A stretch of 48,076 bases of DNA, the filler included, from Hemiscyllium ocellatum (taxonomy: Eukaryota): assembly GCF_020745735.1 (NCBI RefSeq). It is 2 parts of 2 records of this genome, joined end to end, with 100 filler letters (N's around TTAATTAATTAA, not from the genome) between each part and the next. Parts side by side here need not be neighbours in the genome. Positions count along the whole stretch, not along the records: positions 1 to 28,717 come from NW_026867490.1; 1 more part is not named here. One strand, given 5' to 3'. Each line of letters opens with the position of its first letter. Positions within the stretch are counted from its first letter, which is position 1. A program made the translations under genes and the position numbers. This document shows positions 13,145-24,600 of the stretch, one piece after another. The notes below the pieces were generated by a model, which searched no databases, was not told where the DNA came from, and saw only the letters and a list, made by a program, of their open reading frames with translations.

Positions 13145-13962
13145 ACGAGCCATCTTCTGGCGCCAATGCACATTGTTCTCTCAATTCTCAGTAAGTTTTT
13201 CTAATGTGCCATTTCCCCTTGCTGTTTCCAGCTCAGATGGCATTATTATGAAAATAATGACGGCAATGAACATGATTTTGAATATTATTTTACCTTTTTC
13301 CGAGAATGGAGTCAGCAAGAGTCAGGGGCGGTACGGTGGCACAGTGGTTAGCACTGCTGCCTCACAGTGCCAGGGACCTGGGTTCAATTCCCACCTCAGG
13401 CGACTGACTGTGTGGAGTTTGCACGTTCTCCCCGTGTCTGCGTGGGTTTCCTCCGGGTGCTCCGGTTTCCTCCCACAGTCCAAAGATGTGCGGGTCAGGT
13501 GAATTGGCCATGCTAAATTGCCCATAGCCTTAGGTAAGGGGTACATGTAGGGGTAGGGGTATGGGTGGGTTGCGCTTCGGCGGGTCGGTGTGGACTGGTT
13601 GGGCCGAAGGGCCTGTTTCCACACTGTAAGTAATCTAATCTAATCTAATCTAAAAAGAAAAGTAATCTAAGACATGATGGAAGATCCAAACTCTGAAATG
13701 GCGGTGAATTAGGAAGCAATGTCACACTAAGCTACAGCTTCAAGGCAAGCAATTACAGCCCCAATGTTTACTGGTACAGTCAGCTCCCAGGGCACCCTCC
13801 ACAGTCCATGGTTTATGTAGTTGGAGGAAAGATTGTAAAGAGGAATCCTGATTTTCCTGAAAGATTCTCTTTCACATTTACTACATCCACGATGTACAAC
13901 GAGTTATTAATCAATCAGGTCATCATCCCCGACTTTGCCATGTATTTCTTTACTATGAATCC
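13145..13962 (+). pseudogene. TCR V pseudogene, paralogue of V(4851), disrupted by a SINE
   Basis: Leader 13145-13190 starts with ACG instead of ATG. The V exon begins at 13305 with the same AATGGAGTCAGCAAGA as V(4851). It carries a SINE insertion, a TAG stop with a 1-nt deletion, first Cys to Tyr (TAC), second Cys to Phe (TTT), and heptamer TACACTA (13963-13969). Confidence 0.92.
13321..13668 (+). mobile_element. Young full-length HE1-type SINE
   Basis: tRNA-like head GGTGGCACAGTGGTTAGCAC..GGGTTCAATTCCC, CR1-derived 3' end GGGCCGAAGGGCCTGTTTCCACACTG, (TAATC)n tail; AAGA flanks both sides. Confidence 0.93.
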
Positions 13963-15444
13963 TACACTAATACAGAGTTATGATACAGCCCCTACAAAGC
14001 ACTAGCACTGAGCGTGACAGTTAGAGTTCAGCAAAAGTTTCTTTCATACCGAGAAAAAGAAAGAACAATACCAGTTTCAGAGGAAGATTTACGGTGGAGT
14101 GAATTAAAGTGAGAACAAAAGAGTGCGTGATAAATTAACGTTAGTAACTTTTCAGAGAAATGTTCATGTATTAGTTTCGGATACAAACACACTAAGAATT
14201 AACTGCACAACGTATCAGTGGAGGTCTGTTTCCAATTTTGTTTCCCAACAAACTATTCCAATATATTGCTTTCTCATCCTTCCAGTCAGTGACCTTTGTC
14301 CATAGATAGAGAAATTAATTTTACCGGGGAACTGTTCATAACGTAAGACTCGCTCTATGGTATTATATTTAAGAAATAGAGCCATCCCACTAACAGAAAC
14401 GACAGACTGAGTAGCAAATATAAATGCAATGGCTCAGTGCTCTGTTCACAGATTTGAGAGAAGTCACCTGAACAAGGGATAGAAACTGACAGTTCTCAAA
14501 TTCATGTTGTAAGATCCACTCTCAGGTGATACGTTTAATATTGTTCCTTCATCAGTTATGTGAAATGTTGAATGAATGGAAGATTCACATTTGAAATCCA
14601 CCATACACTGTTTTGGACATCTTCCCATAATCATCAAGCAGAACCAAAGTTGAGAAAAAGCAATTCGAAAGAAGGTCCTTAGAGTGCAACATGCTGTGTA
14701 CAGCCAACTTGAATTTTATTGCATTCCACATCCGACAAGTGGAAATGTTTTGCACTGTCAGTTCACAGATTTCACGACTAAGCATATATTTTGGAAAAAA
14801 AAAGTTTAAGCATTGTCACATTAACTACTGCTGCAACAGGACGGTGCATCATGTGGTAAATTCAAATTATATCAAAGAACATCCAGTGATATCTAAAGGA
14901 AGTGGATCCTCACAGGCGCATGCTGCAGTGAAGGGCGACATCTGCATATTATCATTAGGTTAATGAGTCCTGTGCCTGTTAAAGTCATGAATTTAAATTA
15001 GTGTGCTAGGCTCGGGCTGGAAAGCATTTTCTTTAATATTCACCACGTGCATGTTCCTTTGACCAAAAGGATCCTGTCATATATTGAAAACAATAATGTT
15101 GAATTTTGGGTTAGAAGGCATCCATCGAGTTCCCTTCACTTCAAATGCAACAACAAGCAACATTATACCCGCAACAATTTCAATCTTACCGAACCAACCC
15201 CCCACCCCCACCCCCCATCACCCAAAGTACTATCCAAACAGCCCTGGCTTCAGCAGCAGGCTCCCCTCTGCAGGTACCATATGGTCAGTCTGGCTGCGCT
15301 TTTCCAAACAGCTACTAATGGACCACATAGCGGCTGGGCCCAGGAACCAGACCTGGGCCAGGATTCAGTGTTCGTAGTGAATACAGGTCCAATTAGTCCT
15401 AGTGTCACGTGACCTGCAGTTGCAACCGAACGTTCTCAAACGTT

Positions 15445-15940
15445 CTCAGCCAACAACAAGTTCAAGGCGTGCCTATTCTGCCACGCTATCCGACGAGTTG
15501 CATTAATCTTCTCATCTAATATGGCGAGAGCGTTATCAGAGTAATTAATAAATTTCTGCTGAATGTAATAGGTATAATCAATCATTTCAGCCTTCCCGTT
15601 AATAATAATGGCAGGGATAAGCGACTCCTAGATCACGGGAATCTCATTTCTGAGCTTGAACACATTGGGGTTATGCTTTGGCTGACCAATGCTATCCACA
15701 TGCACTGATAAGACCAGGGACATACTCCCGTTTCGAGCTGCAAAATTTCGGTGAGGGCAGAGCATCAAACTGAGCCCATGGCAATACAGCAATCTCATGC
15801 AGGAGGAGCGTGACACTGGTGGAGGCATAATCAGAACCAAAGGCAAGCGTCCGACGCAGCCTCCTTTCCAGGCCACACATCCACCACGTTGTGTTTAAGG
15901 GAAGAGACTGAGAACTCATAACGAACTCATCATATATCAC
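15445..15940 (-). pseudogene. env: ERV env remnant (SU C-terminus and TM ectodomain with immunosuppressive domain)
   Basis: WWMCGLERRLRRTL; SSKR|EY at about 15721-15740; VHVDSIGQPKHNPNVFKLRNEI; YYIQQKFINYSDNALAILDEKINATRRIAWQNRHALNLLLAE (ISD 15483-15445). Stops and frameshifts are present. Confidence 0.88.
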
Positions 15941-16389
15941 ACTGACATTAAAAGATGCGGCAGGTCACAACATCAGTCATACTCACACAAAGTGGCCCAG
16001 CAAAACAAAGCCACACCATCTGAAACACTCAAATTTCAACCATACCACACTGGTGACTCGTTCTGGTAGTCGAAGGAGTACCATAGCAACAATACTCTCA
16101 AATGTGCTGCCACACAGACTGATCTGTTGATAAATCATGGAAGCCTGGAGGACAGGGCATCATAAAGGACAAAACGGCCACACATATATGCTAAGTGATT
16201 CGGATCAAGCAGAAAACCGACGCTGGCCGCGCCATTGAGAACAGGTGGAAGAATTATAAGGTACAAGAACGAGAAAGTACAATGGCTGCAACTTAGTACA
16301 CAGGAAACAGCCCTATCTAGCCAACACATGCATCCAAACCCCTACCTGGTCCTCAAAGTCAGCAGCTCTAACTGATCCACCCTGTGGAG

Positions 16390-16440
16390 AAAAGCAGACT
16401 CATGATCTGAACTGATCTCTGACAGTATGCCAAACCCCGT
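16390..16440 (-). pseudogene. ERV integrase core fragment
   Basis: GFGILSEISSDHESAF resembles the FGIPxxIxSDNGxxF motif around the second catalytic Asp. Confidence 0.7.
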
Positions 16441-16446
16441 AATAAA

Positions 16447-17905
16447 TTAAGTTGTGAAGAATTGCACCACTGTGCAATGCAGCTCAGACTGGGTTGGCTT
16501 AACTTTAGACAGTAACGGTAAAAGATCTCTCCTCCATTTTTCCCAAGCGTCCCAGATATAACCCTCTATGTGTGCGATCCAATATATGAAATACCGGAAT
16601 TCCTGGCTTCCCACAATGCCAACCAAGAATTCACTCTTTCTACACTGAAGTACTTTTGAGTACATTCCAAATTCAATTCTGAACTCAGGAAAGCAATCCA
16701 TACCTAACAATTTAATTGGCGTCCCCTTAGAGACTAAAAAAGGCAAGTCGACTCTTTTACTGTCCATTTGTAAACTTGCTGGAACTAATTTGGATGGGAA
16801 CATAAGTTAGTAAGTTTGCAAACGATACCAAAATTGGAGGTATAGTTGACAGCGAAGAGGGTTAGCTCAGATTAAAGCAGGGATCTTGGTCAAATGGGCC
16901 AATTGTCAAAGAAGTAGCAGATGGAGTTTAATTCAGATATATGCGAGATGCTGCATTTCGGAAAAGCAAATCAGAGCAAGTTCTATACACTTAATAGTAA
17001 GGTCCTCGGGAGTGTTGCTGAACAAAGTGGCCTTAGAGTGCAGATTCATAGCTCCTTGAAAGTGGAGTCGCAGGTATATAGAGTAGTGAAGAAGGCCTTT
17101 GGTATGCTTTCGTTTGTTAGTCAGTGTATTGAGTGCAGGAGTTGGGAGGTCATGTTGTGGCTGTACAAGATATTAGTTAGGCCACTATTGAACATTGCAT
17201 GCAATTCTGCTCTCCATCCTATCGGAAAGATGCTGTGAAATTGAAAAGGTTCAGAAAAAAATTACAAGCATGTTGCCAGGGTTGGAGGATTTGAGCTATA
17301 GGGAGAGACTGAACAGGCCAATGCTGTTTTCGCTGGAGCGTTGGAGGTTGAGGGGTGACCTTATAGATGTATACAAAATTATGAGGGGCATGGATAGGAT
17401 AAATAGACAAAGTATTTTCCATGGGGTTGGGGAATCCACAACTAGAGGGCATACGTTTAGGGCGAGAGGGGAAAGATCTAAGAAAGAGCTAAAGGATACT
17501 TTGTCACAAAATGGGTGGTACATGTACGGAATGAGTTGCCAGGGGATGTGGTGGAGGCTGGTAAAATTGCAACATTTAAGAGGTATTTGGAAGGGTATAT
17601 GAATAGGAGGGGGTTGGAGGGATATGGGCTGGGTGCTGGAAGGTGGGACTAGATTGGGTTGAGATATCTGGTCGGTATGGACGGGTTTGACAGAAGGGTC
17701 TGTTTCCACACCGTATATCTCTATGAATCTATGAATCTATAACTGTGGTTTTCCCAAGAATTCCACAGTATCAATGTATTTTCCTGGCATGAGAATGTGG
17801 GAGGCTTATTGCAGTTAGATGCAAGCTTAAGCAGCTCCAGTATCTGTCATCATAGGCATCAACTGTCCTTCTACGCTGACCTGTACAATTGGATTCTGTT
17901 CAACT
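16447..17905 (-). pseudogene. ERV protease region split by a CR1 insertion
   Basis: PIVQVSVEGQLMPMMTDTGAA (DTGA 17844-17833). Removing 16804-17740 rejoins GILGKTTV|MFPSKLV in frame, which continues as LPFLVSKGTPIKLLGMDC and SELHCT. Confidence 0.8.
16804..17740 (+). mobile_element. 5'-truncated CR1 LINE (ORF2 RT C-terminus and 3' UTR) inserted into ERV pro
   Basis: SKFANDTKIGG, MEFNSDICEMLHFG and LRGDLIDVYKIMRG motifs; CTATGAAT tandem tail at 17720-17740. Confidence 0.93.
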
Positions 17906-18199
17906 TCCTGTGTTATCACAGGATATTGATCTTTCCTACTCTGGTTCTTTGGGCACCCGTAAAACATCCTATAGTGATTTACAGGTCACGTCGGGCCTGT
18001 CGGGATTTGTGGAGGGTCAGACAGACCTTCCTGATACATAGATCCACCCTGGGGCCGAGAGGACCAGGGCCAATATGGGCAAGCTCATTTTTTAAAGTCT
18101 TGTTGCTAACTCCCCCAACACACTAGTTCTGATCCTCTCTGAGACAAACTTCTCCCTATATCCTTTGGCCCCACACCTGTTTGTCCCTGTTCTTGGAGA

Positions 18200-20330
18200 T
18201 CTTAGTTCTATTTGGGCTATTGATGAATTTCATTTTGCCCTTGTTATGGTATCTGTGGAAAAGTCTCTGCAAAACTTTATTTTTGGCATAGTGTTTTCTG
18301 GCACTTGCCAGGAGGTGTTAGTGGGTTCAGTCTCGACCTGTACGTTGCTCATTTCATTAGCGCCGATCAACCTAGTTGTCACTGACAACATCATCTTGCT
18401 TTTCTCTCTTTTCATTTAAAGTTCCTCGAGCTGTATTAGTGCCAACTTTCTTTGCACCACTTCGTGTTATTAAACCAGCTTCTTAAGCCTTTCTGGTATC
18501 ATTTGACTGCATAGACTACTTGATATCAGTATTCTTTGCGGGCAATGGACATTAAATCCACTAACTCCTCCAGCTAAAATTTGACTTGAGGGGTCATTGC
18601 GTCAACAATAACAATCCAGAGCATTGTGATCAATATTGCCTAACTCCCACATTTTGTTCTGTTTCAAGCCACCATCTTTTTATTTAGTTTTCTATATCGG
18701 CTGCTAGGTTGTCAGTATCTCCCAGTGAATCCTCTCTGAAAGCTTTGTGATTGTCCTGAGTTGGATACAGTCTAAGGGCCTGCCGTACTCTATGTCTTAC
18801 TTGGTCAAACCCAGCAGAATCAATTATCAGACTGTCCACCACACTCGTGAGGCGGGATAGGTCCATTATCGCTCTTAATTTTGGAATTCCCACTACATTT
18901 CTTAGCAGTGCCTTCACATTATTCACAGCCAACAACCGTGGTTTTGGTATTCAAAGGCAATAATCCACTTTCCTGCTCCGTCATGTAAACTGAGGAACAC
19001 ATATTTAAATCTTGCCAGATCCTAGGTTCCCAAGGAATGAATTGCGGCTGTCTCCATCACCCCCCAACCCCTTTTTTTATACGCAATGGCAGTATCTCCC
19101 CCGTGGGAGCTTCTTTCAGGCAAAAGCCCTTCCTGATGAAGGGTTTTTGCCCGAAACGTCGATTTCGCTGCACCTTGGATGCTGCCTGAACTGCTTTGCT
19201 CTTCCAGCACCAATAATCCAAAGTCTAGTTTCCAGCATCTGCAGTCATTGTTCTTACCTCTACTCGCATTACCTCCCATTCTTTTCGTGCTTGTTGTGCT
19301 TGTACCTATCTTCTTGCCTGTGTTACTGCCTCCTCTGTTCCCCTCCTCCTATCACTCTTTGCCTGTCTCTTCTCAACACCCCTGGAATGATTTAGAAATG
19401 CCTCATAGTCTCTTGGCTCCCGTAACATGAGTAACGTTCGAATTTCCAATCACAATCGCAATTGCACATCGCAATGTCTCTTTCTCCAATTTTAAAGCTT
19501 TTAATTATGTTTGCCTCCTCGCCTGTTCTGCCACTTGTTTTATTCAGAAATTTATTGTCATAATGGAACTGGGATTGAATATGATAGTTGCCGTGCGGAA
19601 TGGGTCAGGTTCTTCCCAATCCACTTCCCCTCTATCGCTACTGTCCCCTTTATTACAGGATAGTGTATTACTTACTCTTCACTCGATTTGGGAGAAGATT
19701 ATTCTAATTCTTAAATTTGGATTTCAAAAGTGTTTTCCCTCACTGAGCCTTCATATCCAAAGGCTCTCTGTTCTGCGCTAAAAATGTGGAGACTTTTCCT
19801 TCCAAAGTCTTTGTTTCCAAAAGCTGTTCGTTCTGCTCTCTGGCATTGTTCATATGTAAATTTTCGTCTGTCTAAGTATCATCCAGTCCTTTTTTTTAAA
19901 AAAAGAATATCACAGTCGAGTAGCACTTTCGGAAACTTACCTTTTCTCTACTATTTTACTTTTGATAGTCTACTACTATTCTGCCGGCTTTCAATACGAT
20001 TCAAAGTCACTAATACTATCAATAAAATAATCCTTACCAGTTCTGCCCGTACACTTCCCCGATTTTCCTTTTCTTTTTGATTAGTTTTTATTTATTTTTC
20101 TTTACTATTTCAGAACGGTATCCACCCAACTTATACACACCACGTGGAATTTTGTCTCAATCCCTTTATTCTATACCTCCTCATCCACCCCACGCACTTT
20201 TCCTGAACAATCCTCTGCGTCTCCTCAAACTGTAATTTACTATCCAACTGATGATTTTTTTGTATTGGAGGGACGCACCAGCAGCTTCCTTTGCGCTTTT
20301 GTGTTTCTATGAACGTCACTTACTTGACAT
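18200..20330 (-). pseudogene. gag: ERV gag remnant
   Basis: LAVNNVKALLRNVVG..FDQVRHRVRQALRLYPT..LGDTDN (18684-18935), RWWLETEQ, IVDAMTPQVK, EVVQRKLALIQLEEL (about 18420-18460); lies between the PBS and pro. The 5' part is assigned by position only. Confidence 0.7.
19113..19260 (+). mobile_element. Penelope-like element terminal fragment with a short 5' inversion, nested in gag
   Basis: CCTGATGAAGGGTTTTTGCCCGAAACGTCGATTT..GGATGCTGCCTG..CCAGCATCTGCAGTC, preceded by the inverted copy TTCAGGCAAAAGCCCTT. Confidence 0.75.
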
Positions 20331-20478
20331 AATACTGTCCAAATTAGCAGCAAAACACTTACCCTTTCTTTTGTGGTTGCCCAATCATTTTATTCTATCT
20401 GCCTCATGATAGTCTTTGGTCCAACTGGAAAGTGCCCTGCTGCTACAGCCTCTTTATAGAGGGAAAGGTTTCTTCCTG

Positions 20479-20496
20479 GTTCCATCTGGGGTGCCA
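20479..20496 (-). promoter_or_regulatory. Retroviral primer-binding site for tRNA-Arg(CCT)
   Basis: Minus strand TGGCACCCCAGATGGAAC. The plus strand GTTCCATCTGGGGTGCCA matches the vertebrate tRNA-Arg(CCT) 3' end as I recall it (GTCCCATCTGGGGTGCCA) at 17/18. It lies 4 nt after an LTR-terminal CA at 20502-20501. Confidence 0.8.
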
Positions 20497-20500
20497 AATT

Positions 20501-20900
20501 TGTTGTTGGAGAATCTCTCAAAGTTCTGTTAAAAATTACGAGGAGACGCAAAATATCCCTCACGAAGCTAAATTTTAATTTGCAGAGAAAAGCTGTAGAA
20601 ATAAGTTAATTGCTACCTGATTGTCCACCAAGCCTTTGTCCCACTGCAGTTTATAATATTGTTGTTCCTACACCTCTCAGATAACATTAATGCAACCAAG
20701 CGTACTTGCTTTATCTTTCTTAACTATTCATCGTCTGCCACACTGTTTCCTATATTACACTTAATATAGCACATTACCCCATCATCGGTTTCAGCATTAG
20801 CTCATGTATCAGTGATTTAACTAGCCCATCACAGTGCACTAGCATTATCTATTACTGGAGCTCGGTAATATGATGCCGGACATGCATTAGACCACTGAGT
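20501..20900 (-). repeat. 5' LTR of the ERV (outer boundary uncertain)
   Basis: Minus-strand TATTATAAA (about 20658-20650), ATTAAA (20579-20574) and terminal CA adjacent to the PBS. No second copy seen. Confidence 0.6.
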
Positions 20901-21434
20901 TAACAACATAACTGCCTTAGTAACTTTCATAGTCACCACGATGTTTGCCTTTGAAATGGATTTCGTTTAAAAAATTGGACCAGTCAATGTTAAGAAAAAA
21001 AATGCTGTTGAAGTCTGAAGCAGAAATGATGATCTCTAAAGTGTGCCTTGTAATAAAGTCACTTTACGACTCTATTGTGATTGTGTAATAATACTTTAAA
21101 TCCATACATCAACTTTGATAAGTTCAGTTTTGGTACAAAACTGAGTGGTGCAGACGAAGTGTTGCTAAGTTAATTTGAAATAACTGTCGTGAAACAGCAA
21201 TCTCTCATTTGTTGTTATAAATGCTCAGCATTTGACGGATTCCATTATCTGTGTATCCATGTCAGGATACCTGTTAGGACCCGACCCATTTAGCATAAAA
21301 ATCATGAAGTCGAGATAATTCTTAATATATTCTAAAGGTCTTCCGGACACGAGCAGCAACGTAATTTTGCATTAAGCATTTTTACCAGTTTTCCTTTCCT
21401 GTTGAAAAGTAAAGTTGAACATAGAACTTTACAG

Positions 21435-21510
21435 ACACTTCAGCCATGACTATGGTCTCCAGACACTGTTACTCGATTTGCAAGTCGGACACATGTGGGC
21501 ACAGACGAAT
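21435..21510 (-). pseudogene. Truncated duplicate of the inverted V (5' end of the V exon only)
   Basis: Homologous to 9289-9365 (CTTCAG..ACTATGGTCTCCA.ACACTG..TGTGGGCACAG). Acceptor AG changed to AT; the rest of the exon and the RSS are deleted. Confidence 0.6.
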
Positions 21511-21654
21511 AAAGTATGAATTAGTAACGGGTACCATCGAAGCGAGTTTGTAAGTGAACAATTATGTGTATCTCTAAATTTCCTTGCTGTGATCATTATT
21601 CTTCACTCCTATGAAAAACGCTCGAGCTCCCGCAGCCCTGCTTAATATGACATC

Positions 21655-24600
21655 TCAGGTTACAGCAGGATCTTGACCAGTTTGGCGAATAGGCTCAGGG
21701 GTGGCAGATTAAGTTTACTTTAGGTAAATGCAAGTAGCTTTATTTTGGAAAATTAAATCAGAGCAGACCGGGTCCGTTTTCACTAGATCGTCGGAGGCAG
21801 AGGGGTAATGTTTATAAACTCATGAGGGGCATAGATGAGATAAATACACAAAGTGCTTTATTGCCCTTGGGTGAGAGAGGTCAGAACTGGAGAGCTTATG
21901 TTTAGGGTGAGAAGGGAAAGATATAAATGGGATCTAAGGGGCAACACTTTCATGAAGAGGGTGTGCAGAGGGTGGTGTTTGTATGGAATGAGGTGTCAGA
22001 GCAAGTGGTAGAGGCTGGTACCACTGCAACATCTAAAAGGCATTTGGATGGGTATATGAATAGGAAGGTTCAGAGGAATATGGGCCAAGTGCTTGCAAAT
22101 AGGACTAGATTAGTTTGGGATATCGGGTAGGCACGGACGAGTTGGATTCAAAGCGTCTATTTCTGTGCTGTACATCTCTATGACCTTCTGACATGCTCTA
22201 TAATCCAGGCAACATCCTGGTAGCTCTCCTCCACATCATTTATAAAGCTTTCACATCTTTCGTACAATTAGGCCATCAGAGTTGACTACAATATTCGAAG
22301 TATGGTCCAACCAGGCTTCTGTAGAGCTGCAGCATATCCACCCAGCTTTTTAACTAAGTCCCCGGGCTAATGAAAGCCAATGCACTATGTGCCTTCCGAA
22401 TAGAGAGTAGTGGAAGATGGAACGTATTTCGCGTCTAGCTTGGGTGGCAGTTTTGAGGGATCTATGAATATGGATACCTAGATTCCTCTGCTACTCCACG
22501 CTGCCAAGAACCCGGCCTTTAAACCTGCGTTCTCCATTCAAATTCGAATTTGCAAATTGAATCATTTCACATGTTTCCACGCTGAACTCCATCTGCCAAT
22601 TACCAACCCAGTTCTGCATCCTGTTGAAACCTTCAACTGCCCTCAACACTATCCAGAATTTAACCAACCTACGTTTCATCTGCAAATTTATTAACCCGTT
22701 CTACCATTTCCTCCCCAAGTCATTTGTAAAAATTACTAAATACATAGGTCCCAGAACCCATCCCTATGGAACACCACTGGTCACCAAGTTCCAAGCTGAA
22801 TACTTTCTATCGAGTACCACCATCTGTCTTTTGTGAGTCAGGCAATTCTGTACCAAATCAGCCACATTTCTAAATATCCCATGCCCACTTACTTTCTGAA
22901 TGAGTCTGCTATGGGGAAACTTAGCAAGCGCCTTACTAAAATCCACGTAAACCACATCCACTGTTCTACCTTCATCAATGTATTTGTCACAGGCTCAAAG
23001 AAGTCAATCAGTTTTGTGAGGCATGACTTGTTACTCACAAAGCCATGCAAGCAACCTTTAGTCAAACTATGGTTTACCAATTAACCATAAGTCCTGTCTG
23101 TCAGAATGCACCCAATTATTTGCCCACCACAGACGTAAGACCGACTGGTCTGTAATTCCCAGGGTTATACCTCTTCTCTTCCTTGAACAAAGGAATATAG
23201 TTCATCACCGTCCAATCATCTGACATTCCTCCAGTGGATAGTGAAGTCACAAATATCAGCGCCAAAGGCACAGCAATCTCCTCACTCTATTCCTGTCGTA
23301 ACCAACGGCATATCTTGTCTGGCCCAGGGGATTTATATATTCTTACGCTTTTCAAAATTTTCAGCAAATTCTCCTGCGTAATATCAACCTGTTTGAATAC
23401 ATCAATTTGTTTCACGCTGCCCTCAGAAACTTCAAAATCCCTCTGCATCGTGATTATTGATGCAAAGGCTTCGGTAAGTCCCTCGCTACTTCATTAAATT
23501 CCAGGCACAAGTTTCCTCCACTATCGCTACACTGACTCTGCCCACCTTCTTGTTCCTTCTATAAGCGTAGAATATCTTACTCCTATCCACTAATGTTCAT
23601 TCATGCCTCATTCTAGCTCTCCTAACTCCATTCTTCCGTTACTTCCTGGTTACCTTGCAAAAGTCTAAAGCCCATCAGATCCTTGTCTCCTCAAACTTAA
23701 CAAAGTTTCCTTCTTCCTCTTGACTAGATATGTTGGGACATTCCTGTCAGCAAGTGCTCCCAAACAATCTCGACTTTCCTCTCGTGCATTTCCCTGAAAA
23801 CATCTGCCTCCAATTTAGCGCCCTTGTTATTGCCTATAGCATCGTAATTCCCCCTCCTCCAAATAGATATTTCCCCATACCGCCTGCTCCAATCCTTCTG
23901 AATGACGACAGTAAAGCTCAGGGATTTCTTTTTCAACACTATCACCGAAATGCTCTCCCATTGAGAGTTCCGATTCCCACCCACATGTCAATCTAAATTA
24001 AAACATCCCAAAGAGCTCAATGAAATCTCCTGCCGAGAGATTTGTACCCTTCCAATTCAAGTGCAACCAATTCTTGCTGTACATGTCGCACCTTCACCAA
24101 AACCAATGTGGCCTCCCCTCTAGTTGGTGTATCTGTATATTGAGTCAGGAACACTTCCTGGACGCACCTGGTAAAAGCTGTTGTATCCAAATTATTTGAA
24201 CCAAGAAGGTTCCAATCAATATTGCAGAAGTTAAAATCACCACGCATAACAACAATCCTGTTACCTCTGCATCTTTCAATATCTACCCCCAGATCTGCTC
24301 CTTCATGTCTCTGTTGCTACTGGAGGGTCTGTAGGAAACTTCCGATAAAGTGGCTGTTCCTTTCCTGTTTCTGACTTCCAACCTCACTGGCTCTGTAGAC
24401 AAACTCTCCTCGACGGCCTCCATTTCTGCAACTGTGATACAATCACTGATTAGCAACACCACTCTTCCACCTTTTTTTGCTTATGCTCTAATCATTTTTA
24501 AACATTTAAACCCGGGAACACTCAACATCCATTCCTGCCCCTGTGATGTCCTAGCCTCCGTAATGGACACAAGATCACTGTTTCAGGTATTGACCCCTAC

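Larger units (their letters stand above)
15445..20900 (-). mobile_element. Endogenous retrovirus, epsilon-like/class I, decayed and internally deleted
   Basis: On the minus strand the order is LTR, PBS, gag, pro (DTGA), HCT motif, IN fragment, env with ISD; see the sub-features. The outer LTR boundary is approximate. Confidence 0.88.

Noticed and set aside
15150-15440. 3' LTR of the ERV
   Set aside because: No visible similarity to 20501-20900 and no polypurine tract plus TG start.
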